DNA of 64,000 bases from Candidatus Bathyarchaeota archaeon (GTDB lineage Archaea; Thermoproteota; CALKCG01; B24; DRYS01). The stretch lies in NCBI GenBank assembly GCA_025058595.1, contig JANXEK010000005.1, positions 4,685 to 68,684 on the forward strand, read 5' to 3'. The translations under genes were made by a program, and so were the position numbers. The notes under the pieces were generated by a model. The model was not told where the DNA came from. It saw nothing but the letters and a program-made list of their open reading frames with translations, and did no database searches. This document shows, one piece after another, positions 17,914 through 28,170 of the stretch. The stretch's first letter is position 1. The number at the start of each line of letters is the position of its first letter.

Positions 17914-20900
17914 ATGGTGTATATAAAGCGTATAGAGGTTAGAGGGTTTAAATCGTTTAAAGGTCGAACCGTAATAAATCTATGTAAGGGTTTCAACGTT
18001 ATAACAGGTCCGAATGGATCTGGGAAAAGCAATATAATCGATGCTATAAAGTTTGCTTTAGGCGAACTTAACCCTAGGATGTTAAGGGTTGAAAAGTTTT
18101 CTGAACTTATATGCGACAGTCTTGAAGCGGATTCTAAGAAGGCATACGTGAAGATCGTGATAGATAATAGCGATAGATTGATACCCGTTGACGATAGCGA
18201 GGTCGAGATTCAACGCTCTATATATGGTAACGGTAAGATGGACTACAGGGTTAACGGGCGTAGATCATCGAGAGAGACTATCCTAGATATGTTATCTACG
18301 GTAGGATTATCACCTTCAGGCGCTAACATAGTTATGCAAGGTACTGTAACGAAGATATCCGATCTCTCTCCTAGACGTAGAAGGGAGCTTCTAGAAGAGA
18401 TAGTAGGTATATCGATGTATGATGAGAGGAAAGCTAGAGCGGAGGAGGAGCTTAGGAAAGCTGAGATAAACTTTAGGGTAGCTGAAGCTAAGCTTGAAGC
18501 TATAGGTGAACAGCTGGAGAAGTTAACTAGAGAGAGGGAGCAAGCCTTAAGATATATCGATCTGAAAGCTAGGATTACGAAGCTACGTATCGCACTTCTT
18601 TCAGCTAAGATAATAGGTTTAAGAAGCGAGTTAGAAGAACTATCTAGTGAACACGTAAAGGTTCAGTCAGACATCGAAGCTCTACGAAGCCGACTTGAAA
18701 CCCTTAAAGCTGAACGTAAGAGTATAGAGGATGAACTTGCAAGCCTACCAATCCAGCCTATCGAAGCCGATAACCTATCGCCTCAGCTTTCACGATTGAA
18801 GGAAGCTAAGATTAGGTTTGAGGAAGCGCTAAAATCTGTGGATGACGAGATCTTATCGCTTAGAGAGGTACAAAAGAATCTAACAGAGAAGCTATCTAGC
18901 GTAGAAGCCGAGATTAAACATATCACCGAGAAAGTGGAGGAGCTATCTATAGAGGAATCAAAGCTGGTTAAAGCTATAGATAGGAAGAGGATTGAATACC
19001 GCTCCTTTCTAGATCGTATAGGTAGTGTAGGAGCACATCTTAAGGGTATGGTGGAGAATATCGCTAAGATGCATGATGAATACGTAGAGGCTATAGCTAT
19101 ATACTCTCAACTGCGTAGCCGCATAATAGAGTGTGAAGCTAAGCTATCCTTCATAGAGAAGTCTATAGAATCTAGAGAGGAATCTCTGAAGAAGCTTAAC
19201 GATGTAGATGCATCCGTCAGACAGCAGATAGAAGCAGTTCGAGCAGCTAAGCTTAAACTTCAAGAAGCCGCCGCTAAACTCCTCGATAGGCTTCAAACAC
19301 TCATCTCGAATATAGAGATACTAAACACTAGGTCGAATTCAGCTTCCTCTCTGGTATACAGGTGCAGGGAGGTTATCTCGTATCTAAAATCGCAGTTGGA
19401 GACAGCTGATAAACTGACAAATATATATTCTCTAAGGGATGCCGTCCAAAAGATAATATCCGAGAATCCATCGCTAGGTATCTACGGATTATTATCTGAT
19501 AACGTTAAGTTCAAAGATGATCTCAGAACCGTTCTAGAATCTGTAGCTGGTGTATTTCTCCACGCGGTCGTAGTGAAAGATCTAGATTCATGTCTCGCAT
19601 GTCTAGATAGACTGAAAAGTTTAGGTATAGATAAAGCTACTATAATCCCGCTTTCAGAGATTAAGCCTACAGCTTCAATAGAGTATCCCTCTACCGATGG
19701 CATTGTAGGAGTATCTTCTGTCTTCGTAGAGTACCCCCTAGAGCTTAAATCAGTCGTGGATCTAATTTTTGGATCTACTATTATAGTCTCGAGTAGAAGC
19801 TTAGCCGTAGAATTGTCAAGTAAAGGTTTCAGAGCTGTAACCTTGGATGGCGAGTTGTACGAACCTGAAGGTTTCGTTAAGATTAGTTCTTCTCTGAGAC
19901 TGGACTACCCTAGATTCCTCGCTAAACGTAAACTCCTATCGACCCTGCTCGACCTATCTGAACGTTTAGAGAAAGCTATAGAAGGTGAATCCGTACTCCG
20001 TAGATCGCTATTGGATGAGTATAGAGCCACCCGTATAAGTTATTTAGAACTTGAGAAGAAGATAACGGTTGCAGATCTATACGATGACCTCCTCGAAAAG
20101 GAGTTAGCTAGACTCGATAAACGTAGGAGATCCATCGAGCAGGAGATCACCGATCTACGCAGTGAAGTTAATCGGCTTAGGGAGGAGGTAGATTCTAAAC
20201 GAACTGATGCTAGATCGTTCGAGAGGAAGATCGGGTTCATAGTTAAGCAGATCTCAGACGCTACTTCTAAGATTAACTCATCGAAACTGGATGATGAGAT
20301 CTCTGGAGAGATCTCAGATATAGCTTCTGAGTTATCGAACCTAGAGGAAGCTTTACTGAAAGTTAGATCTGAGAAGTCTATGCTTCAAGGTAGACTAGAA
20401 ATGCTTGGAGGTAGAGAGTATCGTACACTTAGGGATGAGTTGAGCAGGGTATCAGAAAATATGGCTTCTCTCCAAAATAGGCGTCTAAGTATAGAGGAAC
20501 AGTTGAGAGATCTAGATCGTTCGATACAGAGGATAGAATCCGAGATTAAATCTAGGGGTATCGGAGTGGATTCTAAATCTTCGCATCTATATGAAAGACT
20601 ATCCGCTATCAGAGTAGAGATGGAGTCTCTCGAGGAATCGTATAGGCAGCTTACGGATAGATTACGTGCGATCGAATCTAGCATCTACGAAAGGAAAGCT
20701 AAGCTGGAGATTATGGAAGTGGAGCTTCGTAAATTAGGCTTCGATCAGCCGATATCTGTGGATACTCAAAACCTATCATCGATAGAAGAGTCGATAGCTA
20801 GATATGAAGCTGAGATAGAAGCTTTGGGCTCCGTAAACCTTCTATCTGTAGATGAATACGAGGATGTTAAGCGTAGATACGATGAGCTAGCTGGGAAGGT

Positions 20901-21426
20901 AGCTGTATTGAGAGAGGAGAAGCTTTCGATAGAGAAGTTTATCATGGAGATCGAAAGGGAGAAGAAGCGTGTATTCGTGGAGTTCCTCGATAAGCTGAAT
21001 TCTAAGCTTAGAGAGGCCTTCTCTAAATTCACCGGTGGAGGAGATGCATGGCTTGAACCTGAGAATAAGATCGATATATTTGATGGAGGTATCGATCTTG
21101 TGACGGTATTCCCAGGTAAGCCTAAACGTTCTGTAAGCATAGCTAGCGGGGGAGAGAAAACCATCGCCGCCCTATCATTCATATTCGCTCTATCTAAGCT
21201 GAATCCTACCATGATATATATATTGGATGAAGTTGATGCCCATCTCGACCCTCTGAATCTAGAGAGATTGGCCTCAGCTCTAAAGGATCTTTCTAGTGAA
21301 TGTCAGCTTATAGTTGTAAGCTTGAAGGATGTGGTGGTATCCAAAGCTGATAAAATCTACGGGGTATACTCTAGGAACGGTCTATCTAAAGTCGTAGCGT
21401 CAATCCTAAAAGTGGAGGCTACCTAA
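17914..21426 (+). CDS. smc: Chromosome segregation protein SMC
   Basis: 1170 aa. N-terminal Walker A GPNGSGKSN, long coiled coils, central hinge, C-terminal signature SGGEKT and Walker B ILDEVDAHLD. Confidence 0.9.
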   Translation: MVYIKRIEVRGFKSFKGRTVINLCKGFNVITGPNGSGKSNIIDAIKFALGELNPRMLRVEKFSELICDSLEADSKKAYVKIVIDNSDRLIPVDDSEVEIQRSIYGNGKMDYRVNGRRSSRETILDMLSTVGLSPSGANIVMQGTVTKISDLSPRRRRELLEEIVGISMYDERKARAEEELRKAEINFRVAEAKLEAIGEQLEKLTREREQALRYIDLKARITKLRIALLSAKIIGLRSELEELSSEHVKVQSDIEALRSRLETLKAERKSIEDELASLPIQPIEADNLSPQLSRLKEAKIRFEEALKSVDDEILSLREVQKNLTEKLSSVEAEIKHITEKVEELSIEESKLVKAIDRKRIEYRSFLDRIGSVGAHLKGMVENIAKMHDEYVEAIAIYSQLRSRIIECEAKLSFIEKSIESREESLKKLNDVDASVRQQIEAVRAAKLKLQEAAAKLLDRLQTLISNIEILNTRSNSASSLVYRCREVISYLKSQLETADKLTNIYSLRDAVQKIISENPSLGIYGLLSDNVKFKDDLRTVLESVAGVFLHAVVVKDLDSCLACLDRLKSLGIDKATIIPLSEIKPTASIEYPSTDGIVGVSSVFVEYPLELKSVVDLIFGSTIIVSSRSLAVELSSKGFRAVTLDGELYEPEGFVKISSSLRLDYPRFLAKRKLLSTLLDLSERLEKAIEGESVLRRSLLDEYRATRISYLELEKKITVADLYDDLLEKELARLDKRRRSIEQEITDLRSEVNRLREEVDSKRTDARSFERKIGFIVKQISDATSKINSSKLDDEISGEISDIASELSNLEEALLKVRSEKSMLQGRLEMLGGREYRTLRDELSRVSENMASLQNRRLSIEEQLRDLDRSIQRIESEIKSRGIGVDSKSSHLYERLSAIRVEMESLEESYRQLTDRLRAIESSIYERKAKLEIMEVELRKLGFDQPISVDTQNLSSIEESIARYEAEIEALGSVNLLSVDEYEDVKRRYDELAGKVAVLREEKLSIEKFIMEIEREKKRVFVEFLDKLNSKLREAFSKFTGGGDAWLEPENKIDIFDGGIDLVTVFPGKPKRSVSIASGGEKTIAALSFIFALSKLNPTMIYILDEVDAHLDPLNLERLASALKDLSSECQLIVVSLKDVVVSKADKIYGVYSRNGLSKVVASILKVEAT

Positions 21427-21427
21427 G

Positions 21428-22123
21428 ATGGGTGAAAAACCATTCTGGCTTGAAGAACCGTGGATATTCCTCATAGATCTATCCAGAGCTAGATCTATGG
21501 ATCCATGGTCTATAGATCTGAAGACGTTAATAATAGGTTTCCTGGAGAAACTTAAATCCTACGGGTTGATAAACTTCTCTATACCGGGCTTAGCCCTCCT
21601 CTCTTCTGCTACCATATTCAAACTTAAAGTCGATTATCTATTCAAACCTTTCACAGCTAAGATCGATGAGAGAAAACCTTCTGAAAGGGGTATTAAGACG
21701 GTATCTATATCGGAGATCCCGACGATAGAACTTCCGCTGAGATATAACTTCGCTTCGCTCGACGTCGAAACAATCTTAAAGCTGATAGTAGAGGTAATCG
21801 AAGAAACTGCTAGAGTTAAAACTAGATCTATAGATGAACTTATGGATCACTCTCCTCCAGTTATATCGGAGGAGAGTTTTGAATCTAGGATAGAGTCATG
21901 GATACGGGAATTAGAGGATATGCTAAGTGCGATGCTACGTAACGGGTATGAATCTATAAGCTTCTATAAGCTCACCGAGGGCATGGATATAGTGAGGCGA
22001 GTTAAGGTATTCATAGCTCTACTCTTCCTAGCATCTCAAGGCAAAATCGAACTGTTTCAAGAGGGAGATGAATCTGATCTAATCATATCGGCGGAGGGGT
22101 ATAAGGTTTGGTTGAAAAGTTGA
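21428..22123 (+). CDS. scpA: Segregation and condensation protein A (ScpA kleisin)
   Basis: 231 aa, directly downstream of smc. Kleisin-like N- and C-terminal winged-helix pattern. Confidence 0.7.
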   Translation: MGEKPFWLEEPWIFLIDLSRARSMDPWSIDLKTLIIGFLEKLKSYGLINFSIPGLALLSSATIFKLKVDYLFKPFTAKIDERKPSERGIKTVSISEIPTIELPLRYNFASLDVETILKLIVEVIEETARVKTRSIDELMDHSPPVISEESFESRIESWIRELEDMLSAMLRNGYESISFYKLTEGMDIVRRVKVFIALLFLASQGKIELFQEGDESDLIISAEGYKVWLKS

Positions 22124-22668
22124 AAGGGATAGTCGAAGCTATACTATACGTAGCAGGTAGACCTGTAGAGATTTCCAGGATACATAGAGCTTTAAAGAAG
22201 TTTCTTCCATCTATAGACATCGAAGATATACGTAGAGCTATACTACAATTGATGGATGATCTCCGCTCATCAGATTCCGCTCTAGAAATCCTACATCTCC
22301 CAGGAGATAGATTCGTCTTACAACTTAGATCTGAGTATTCTGATATCGCTAAGCTCTTCTCGTTCACACCACCTATAGGTAAGGGGCTTCTCAAAACTCT
22401 ATCCTATATCGCCTTAAATCAGCCTGTAGCTCTAAGCCAGGTTGCAAAAGTTAGAGGTAGCTCAGCCTATCGTCATGTACGTGAATTGAAGCGTATGAAG
22501 CTTATATCATCTGAGAGGAAGGGTAAGGAAAATATACTATATACTAGTGCTAGTTTCAACGAGATGATGGGTTTATCAGGTTCGCCATCCGAAGTAGCCG
22601 AAATACTCAAGAAGCTATTCGCTTCTAAGCATGAAGAATATACTCTAAGACTACCCGGCCTATCATAA
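22108..22668 (+). CDS. scpB: Segregation and condensation protein B (ScpB)
   Basis: 186 aa, overlaps the scpA end. Tandem winged-helix pattern (GIVEAILYVAGRPV...). Confidence 0.7.
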   Translation: MVEKLKGIVEAILYVAGRPVEISRIHRALKKFLPSIDIEDIRRAILQLMDDLRSSDSALEILHLPGDRFVLQLRSEYSDIAKLFSFTPPIGKGLLKTLSYIALNQPVALSQVAKVRGSSAYRHVRELKRMKLISSERKGKENILYTSASFNEMMGLSGSPSEVAEILKKLFASKHEEYTLRLPGLS

Positions 22669-22716
22669 GAGGGTTTATATATGTAGATCCAACTTCTAGA
22701 TGGGTGGGGTATAGGG

Positions 22717-23109
22717 ATGCCTATCTGGCATTGGGATCTACATAAACGTAAGCCGTCAGGTGGTAAACGTAGGACTTACCGTGGTAAACGTAGATACGAG
22801 GTGGGAGGCTATCCGGCTGAGACGATATTAGGGGATCCTAAGCGTAGCGTAGAACGCAGTACGGGTGGAAATATCAAAGTTAAACTATTATCCGATAAGA
22901 TCGTGAACGTAGCTGATCCATCCACCGGTAAAACGGTTAAAACAAGTATCCTTAGAGTTGTTAAGAATCAGAGCAACGCAGACTATGATCGTAGAGGTGT
23001 GATAACTAAAGGCACTATAGTAGCTACACCACTTGGTTTAGCTAAGATAACATCACGTCCAGGTCAAGATGGGGTTTTAAACGCCGTCCTATTAGAATCT
23101 GCTAGATAG
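22717..23109 (+). CDS. rps8e: 30S ribosomal protein S8e
   Basis: MPIWHWDLHKRKPSGGKRR... is the S8e N-terminal signature. Confidence 0.9.
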   Translation: MPIWHWDLHKRKPSGGKRRTYRGKRRYEVGGYPAETILGDPKRSVERSTGGNIKVKLLSDKIVNVADPSTGKTVKTSILRVVKNQSNADYDRRGVITKGTIVATPLGLAKITSRPGQDGVLNAVLLESAR

Positions 23110-23134
23110 AATACTTGCCCGGCTCTATTAAGGT

Positions 23135-23443
23135 ATGAAGCTTAAGAACCGTGTGATCATCTGGCCTGTCTACCTAGATTCTAGATATTCTAGGAAGCTC
23201 GGTAGACGTATACCGAAGCATCTGGCTGTAGATAATCCTAAACTCGAAGAACTACTCGAAGCTGCTAAGAATCTAGGTCTCAACCCAGAGTCTCGGCTAG
23301 GTAAAGCGTATCCTAGATCGTGGTGGGATAGATCTGGATACCTAGTAGTCGATAAGAAGTTCTCTAAGCAAGAGCTTCTAAAGAAGCTTGCAGAGGAGGT
23401 TCTTAAAGCTAGAGGTGTTATAGCTAGGAGGGCTTCTCGTTAA
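23135..23443 (+). CDS. srp19: Signal recognition particle 19 kDa protein (SRP19)
   Basis: VIIWPVYLDSRYSRKLGRRIPK matches the SRP19 consensus. Confidence 0.85.
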   Translation: MKLKNRVIIWPVYLDSRYSRKLGRRIPKHLAVDNPKLEELLEAAKNLGLNPESRLGKAYPRSWWDRSGYLVVDKKFSKQELLKKLAEEVLKARGVIARRASR

Positions 23444-23597
23444 AGTAGGATTTCTTCATCAAAGTAGTCTGAGATATCCTCATCTATGTTCGCATACCCT
23501 CCTACCGATAATCCAACGCTGTCAGAACCCCTCTTTTAATCCTCGATAACCTTTATTAGGAGAGTGTTTATCGATTTTCGTAGATAGTGAGGCTGAG

Positions 23598-23987
23598 ATG
23601 CCTAAGCCTATTCATGTTAGGTTTGAAGTTCCGAGGGAGTTAGCGGATGCGGCCTATGAGCTACTGGTTACTGTGCGAACTTCCGGAGGTAAGATTAGGA
23701 AAGGCGCTAACGAGGTAACTAAAGCCGTAGATAGAGGTTTAGCTAAACTTGTATTGATAGCTGAGGATGTAGATCCTCCGGAGATAGTAGCGCATCTACC
23801 GCTTCTTTGCGAGGAAAGGAAGGTTCCATACGTCTATGTCCCGTCTAAGCAGAAGCTTGGAGAAGCTTCGGGTATAGAGGTTCAAGCATCATCAGCATGT
23901 ATAGTAGATCCAGGTGAAGCTAAAGATGTACTTCAAGCGTTCGTAGAGAAGCTTAACGCTATACGTAAAGGTGGTATTAAGAGTTGA
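23598..23987 (+). CDS. rpl7ae: 50S ribosomal protein L7Ae
   Basis: [38 protein letters not shown] matches the L7Ae/L30e signature. Confidence 0.9.
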   Translation: MPKPIHVRFEVPRELADAAYELLVTVRTSGGKIRKGANEVTKAVDRGLAKLVLIAEDVDPPEIVAHLPLLCEERKVPYVYVPSKQKLGEASGIEVQASSACIVDPGEAKDVLQAFVEKLNAIRKGGIKS

Positions 23988-24193
23988 GCTACAGGGAGGA
24001 TGTAACCCCCGCTGAAGTTATACAGGTTTTAGGTAGGACTGGACCGACAGGTGAGGTTCAGATAGTTAGGGTTAAGATACTCGAAGGTAAGGATGCTGGG
24101 CGCATAATATCAAGGATAGTTAAGGGTCCTGTACGTGTAGGGGATATACTTATGCTTAGAGAGACCGAGAGGGAAGCTAGGGGTCTCAGGTGA
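23984..24193 (+). CDS. rps28e: 30S ribosomal protein S28e
   Basis: [47 protein letters not shown]. Confidence 0.9.
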   Translation: MSYREDVTPAEVIQVLGRTGPTGEVQIVRVKILEGKDAGRIISRIVKGPVRVGDILMLRETEREARGLR

Positions 24194-24197
24194 TCCT

Positions 24198-24410
24198 ATG
24201 CCTAGAGAGAGGACCTGCGTATTCTGCGGCGGTAAGATACCTCCCGGTACAGGTCTACTATTCGTTAGAAACGATGGAAGCCTCCTATGGTTCTGTTCTC
24301 GTAAGTGCAGAGTTAGTATGCTTAAAATGCGTAGAGATCCTAGAAAGCTTAAATGGACGATCCACTATGGTAAAAAGGAGATAGCTAAACCTACAGATCA
24401 ACACCTCTAG
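24198..24410 (+). CDS. rpl24e: 50S ribosomal protein L24e
   Basis: C4 zinc ribbon CVFCGGKIPPGTG...FCSRKC in an L24e-like sequence. Confidence 0.9.
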   Translation: MPRERTCVFCGGKIPPGTGLLFVRNDGSLLWFCSRKCRVSMLKMRRDPRKLKWTIHYGKKEIAKPTDQHL

Positions 24411-24423
24411 GAGGTCGTAATCC

Positions 24424-25050
24424 TTGAAGATAGTCGTAGTCGCGGCTCCAGGTGGGGGTAAAACCACGATAATGAATTATGTTAAGAAGAGGAAACCTGA
24501 TGTGGTGATAGTGAATTTCGGAGATTACATGTTCGATATAGCTAAGATGCGTTTCGGTATAGAAGACCGGGATGAGATGCGTAGGAAGATACCCGTAGAC
24601 CAGTATAGATCTATCCAAGAGGAAGCCGCTAGACGTATAGCAGAGCTTAAAGGCGATGTCTTGATAGATACGCATGCAGCTATAAAGAAGCCTGAGGGCT
24701 TCTACCCAGGCCTACCAGACTATATAGTCTCTATAATGAAACCCGATGTTATACTGCTATTCGAATTCGATCCGCATACGATCCTACAGCGTAGGATGAA
24801 GGATATACGCGGTGAAGGCTCTACCCTGAGAACCGGTAGAGATCTAGAATCAGCGGAAGAGATAGAAGCTCATCAACAAGCTAATAGATACTTCGCCTTC
24901 GCGGCTGCTAACGCATCAGGGTGCACCGTTAAGATAGTAGATCTAAGATTCAAGGAAAGTCATCCGTTCGAGCATGCTGAGGTAGGAGCTGAAGAGATAA
25001 TAAAGCTACTCGAAGGATCGGGTTCCCCTAGAATTCGCGGTGATCTATAG
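24424..25050 (+). CDS. adkA: Archaeal-type adenylate kinase (AdkA)
   Basis: P-loop VVAAPGGGKTT. FGDYMFDIAKMRFG, DRDEMRR and PGLP motifs are characteristic of archaeal AdkA. Starts with TTG. Confidence 0.8.
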   Translation: MKIVVVAAPGGGKTTIMNYVKKRKPDVVIVNFGDYMFDIAKMRFGIEDRDEMRRKIPVDQYRSIQEEAARRIAELKGDVLIDTHAAIKKPEGFYPGLPDYIVSIMKPDVILLFEFDPHTILQRRMKDIRGEGSTLRTGRDLESAEEIEAHQQANRYFAFAAANASGCTVKIVDLRFKESHPFEHAEVGAEEIIKLLEGSGSPRIRGDL

Positions 25051-25620
25051 CAGATAGTTGCAGGTTCCCCCATCCGTATAACTTTTACAAAACTATAGTG
25101 CATGGAGGCTCCTTTAAAAACCTCTACATGGGGGGATTGAGCCTTACGGGTAGATACAGCTCGTAGAGTACGCTTCCTATAGGGTAATATAGTCTATCCT
25201 AATCATGCTATCCAAACCCTTGATAGAACAACTTCCATATAAGTGGGTGCATAACTAGAGTATACCGTTATGAAAGGGTCGTCCGGAGAAGCAGATCCTC
25301 TATCTCCTTGGTATAGCTATCGATCAACTTCAGCATAAATGATAGAGCATATATAACGGATCGTCAGGTCCTCCGACGTTTCCCCATCTATATCTATGTT
25401 GTGGAGTATGGATTGCGAGATCCTTGTGGTATATTCCGAAAGCTCTCGCTTCTAACGTTGTCGTTATCTGTGTACGTGAATATCGTGTAGGATCTAATTC
25501 TCTCGTTGTCATCTATATCGAAAGTCCTATAGGCTATTGGTAAAAGGCTCCTCGCAATGTATACATGAGGGAAAGTCTTTTATGCCGATACTCTAAGCTA
25601 TATTCTTCGGTCGAGGGGCT

Positions 25621-25923
25621 ATGTCTACCGGGCGTATTAGGAAGCTTCAGGGAATAGTTGAAGCCGTCGAGTGTACGGGTGAGAAGGTTAAGGACGATGA
25701 GGGGCTGGAATGGGAAAAGGTAGTCTATACGGTTAGGATTACAGGTTTCAGTAAAAGGACTCCTGATGAGAAGCTACCTGAGCATCTCAGGGATATGCGT
25801 GTTAAGCTTGTAAGATATGCATGTTTCGATTGGCATTTCAAGATTGGTGTTAGGAAAACGCTTGAGCCGGATGAGACTGAAGCCGTCTTAAACGGTGTTA
25901 AAATCGATACTGTATACTGGTAA
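25621..25923 (+). CDS. Hypothetical protein (100 aa)
   Basis: ORF only. No family recognised. Confidence 0.35.
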   Translation: MSTGRIRKLQGIVEAVECTGEKVKDDEGLEWEKVVYTVRITGFSKRTPDEKLPEHLRDMRVKLVRYACFDWHFKIGVRKTLEPDETEAVLNGVKIDTVYW

Positions 25924-26006
25924 TTTCTATCATGCCGACTCGGACGTTATGAGGTCGTTCAGGTTTATAGAGATATTTACCCTATCCCTAATCGGAGGTA
26001 TACTCT

Positions 26007-26480
26007 ATGAGTAAGGAATATTTCGAAGAGCTGTTATCTAAGGGGTTGAAGAAGTCTATAAGGGAGGCTCTCTCGGATTCTAAAGCTAGAAGTGATGCCA
26101 TCACGTTTATGAGTAGGGAAGTTAAACGTCTTAGGCTCGATCCTAGGCGTGTAGAAGGGCTTATAGACGATCTATCTGCGTCTATACTTTTCTCGCTTGC
26201 TACCGATGTCGTAATCTATGCGATAATGAATGTATACGGTGAAGAGGCTATGATCAGAAAGGCTCTAGCCGACGCAGTCTCTAACGCTGTAACGAGTAGA
26301 GCTTTAGAGAGATTCTTGAAGGAATGTAATATCGGTTACGCTATAAGCAGGTTTGGTGAAAACGAGGTTGAAGCTATCGCTCAGAAAGTTACTATGGATA
26401 CGTTAGCCGGGGATGAGGAATTCCTATCGCTGACAGAAGAGCTTAAAAAGATGATAATCGAAGCTCTATCTAAAACGTAG
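26007..26480 (+). CDS. Hypothetical protein (157 aa)
   Basis: ORF only. Codon usage like its neighbours. Confidence 0.4.
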   Translation: MSKEYFEELLSKGLKKSIREALSDSKARSDAITFMSREVKRLRLDPRRVEGLIDDLSASILFSLATDVVIYAIMNVYGEEAMIRKALADAVSNAVTSRALERFLKECNIGYAISRFGENEVEAIAQKVTMDTLAGDEEFLSLTEELKKMIIEALSKT

Positions 26481-26495
26481 GAGGCGGGGTAGCAT

Positions 26496-27044
26496 ATGTG
26501 GGTATCTAAGCTTAAACCCGGACCTGAAGGTAAACTCCCTAAAGAAGTCTACATACTGATAGAGGTTCCTAAGGGATCTAAGAATAAGTATGAGATAGAT
26601 AAAGAGACAGGTCTACTGGTTCTCGATAGAGTTCTATTCACATCTATGGCGTACCCATGCGATTATGGCTTCATACCCGGGACTCTATGCGAAGATGGAG
26701 ATCCGTTGGACTGTCTACTAATAACATCCCAGCCATTAAACCCAGGTATACTAGTTAAAGCTAGACCGGTAGCGTTGATGCTTATGAGAGATGAGAAAGG
26801 CAAAGATGAAAAGCTTATAGCCGTACCGACGGAAGATATCGATCCAAGGCTATCCAATATAAGAAGCCTCAGAGATATACCTGAAGCAGTCCTTAGAGAA
26901 ATAGAACATTTCTTCGAGCACTATAAAGAACTCGAACCCGGTAAATGGGTTAAAGTTGAGGGATGGCTAGATGCAGATAAAGCAGAGGAGATAATAGAGA
27001 AAGCTGTAGAAACGTATAGGAGAAACATAGGAGGAAAGCTATAG
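26496..27044 (+). CDS. ppa: Inorganic pyrophosphatase (family I)
   Basis: YPCDYGFIPGTLCEDGDPLDCLL matches the family-I PPase active-site motif. Confidence 0.9.
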   Translation: MWVSKLKPGPEGKLPKEVYILIEVPKGSKNKYEIDKETGLLVLDRVLFTSMAYPCDYGFIPGTLCEDGDPLDCLLITSQPLNPGILVKARPVALMLMRDEKGKDEKLIAVPTEDIDPRLSNIRSLRDIPEAVLREIEHFFEHYKELEPGKWVKVEGWLDADKAEEIIEKAVETYRRNIGGKL

Positions 27045-27059
27045 GCTCCTACACGTGAA

Positions 27060-27072
27060 ACCCTTATACTTA
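27060..27072 (+). promoter_or_regulatory. Putative TATA box (TTATAC) for tRNA-Ser
   Basis: cccttatacttaa is centred ~30 nt upstream of the tRNA 5' end. Confidence 0.4.
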
Positions 27073-27097
27073 AGGATACCCCTCCTATAATCCTTAA

Positions 27098-27189
27098 GCC
27101 GGGGTTGCGGAGCCTGGACTAACGCGCAGGCCTTGAGAGCCTGTGGGGCATAACGCCCCTCGTGGGTTCAAATCCCACCCCCGGCGCCA
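27098..27189 (+). tRNA. tRNA-Ser (anticodon TGA), CCA encoded
   Basis: Acceptor GCCGGGG/CCCCGGC, anticodon arm CAGGC-CTTGAGA-GCCTG, long variable arm TGGGGCATAACGCCCCTC, T-arm GTGGG-TTCAAAT-CCCAC, discriminator G. Confidence 0.85.
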
Positions 27190-27299
27190 GTCTCCAGATC
27201 TGAACCCCCTCTATACCCTCCCCTTTTTAAGTTTAGAGATAGTGAGTTAGCGTGAAGAGCGAGATCTACGATTATTAGGAGAGGCTTAAGCGCTATAGG

Positions 27300-28170
27300 C
27301 GGACTATAGCTCAGTTCGGTGCGAACGGTGAGATAGCACTCCGTCTCCTAGATTATCTTTTCAGCTTGTACTCTCAACTGCTAGGGTGAGTAAGGTTGGC
27401 GGGTTACATCCCAGTGCTACTCCGCGTGGTAGACTTCAACCTTAAGGAGGCTACTGGGACGGGTATTGAGTGCGTCGTAGCCTGGATTAATAGGCAGCCC
27501 TACATGGAGTGTTAGGCGTGATGAGAAGCTGATTCGATACGCCAGGTACGGGAGCTGCGATAGAGACACGCCAATTCCACTTGAAGTAGCTTGGATAAAG
27601 CTTAGTCGTAGCGGAGGGGGCAGTTGCGTCACGCTAGAGACCCCTAGGTGAGGAAGATTTTAAGGTAATGATTAAAGTGATGGGCAGTTCGCGAGACAAG
27701 TTATGCTCCATGCCCTCTTTGAGAGAGTGTTAAATTCAGGAGAAGCCATTACCTGATTACGGTGGACGAAAGACTGGTTTAAAGCGTATACCGCTGGGCG
27801 TCTCAACACAGCCGCTCCTAAACTGGTTTAGAACCCACCCACGCAGGGAATAAGTCAGAAGCCCCGTTATGGTGCTCGCTGACGACGAACTACATCGGCA
27901 AGCTACTGAGCTAAGGCACTTTCACCTGATCGTCAAAGAGATAGCCGAGAGGGCCGGGATAAAGAGGAAGTATGGCCATATTTATTCAGGCATACTACGA
28001 TAATGAAGATGGCTAAAGTTCTGACGAGGGTCTGCTTGAGAAGTTTGCAAGCTGGGTGCATAACTCAAAGATGGCTACCCGCTACGTGCACTTCAGCACA
28101 AAGGATGTTGAAGAGGCGATCTTAGCCCTATACAGTATAGAGAAGGTTGAGCGGGAGGCAGACTAATCAA
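27300..28170 (+). pseudogene. int: Tyrosine recombinase/integrase pseudogene (multiple frameshifts), 3'-adjacent to tRNA-Ser
   Basis: Three different frames carry consecutive integrase catalytic-domain boxes. These are GGRKTGLKRIPL (K-beta-hairpin), RHFHLIVKEIAERAGIK, PYLFRHTTI (HxLRHt box) and FASWVHNSKMATRYVHF (W/H...RY catalytic Tyr box). No intact ORF over 60 aa. Confidence 0.55.

Noticed and set aside
19482-21212. Four antisense ORFs (66-148 aa) inside smc
   Set aside because: Serine/leucine-rich antisense translations of a confidently identified coiled-coil gene. Typical shadow ORFs.
24190-24384. 64-aa ORF overlapping rpl24e
   Set aside because: It lies in an alternative frame of the L24e gene, whose translation is a perfect family match. 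Rejected.
25281-25400. Possible SRP RNA helix-8-like motifs (CCGGAGAAGCAG, CAGGUCC)
   Set aside because: The motifs are ~100 nt apart and not in the contiguous GGUCCGGAAGGAAGCAGC arrangement of SRP RNA domain IV. Kept only as a generic ncRNA-candidate gap.
27296-27425. tRNA-like fragments (tagctcagttcgg D-loop-like; gcgggttacatccc T-arm-like)
   Set aside because: No pairing acceptor stem or anticodon arm can be built. Likely chance resemblance inside the integrase pseudogene. SSV-type attP relation not demonstrable.
27417-27632. 71-aa minus-strand ORF and the 71-aa ORF at 28147-28362
   Set aside because: They lie within or next to the integrase-pseudogene region. Translations have no family features. 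Treated as chance ORFs in decayed DNA.
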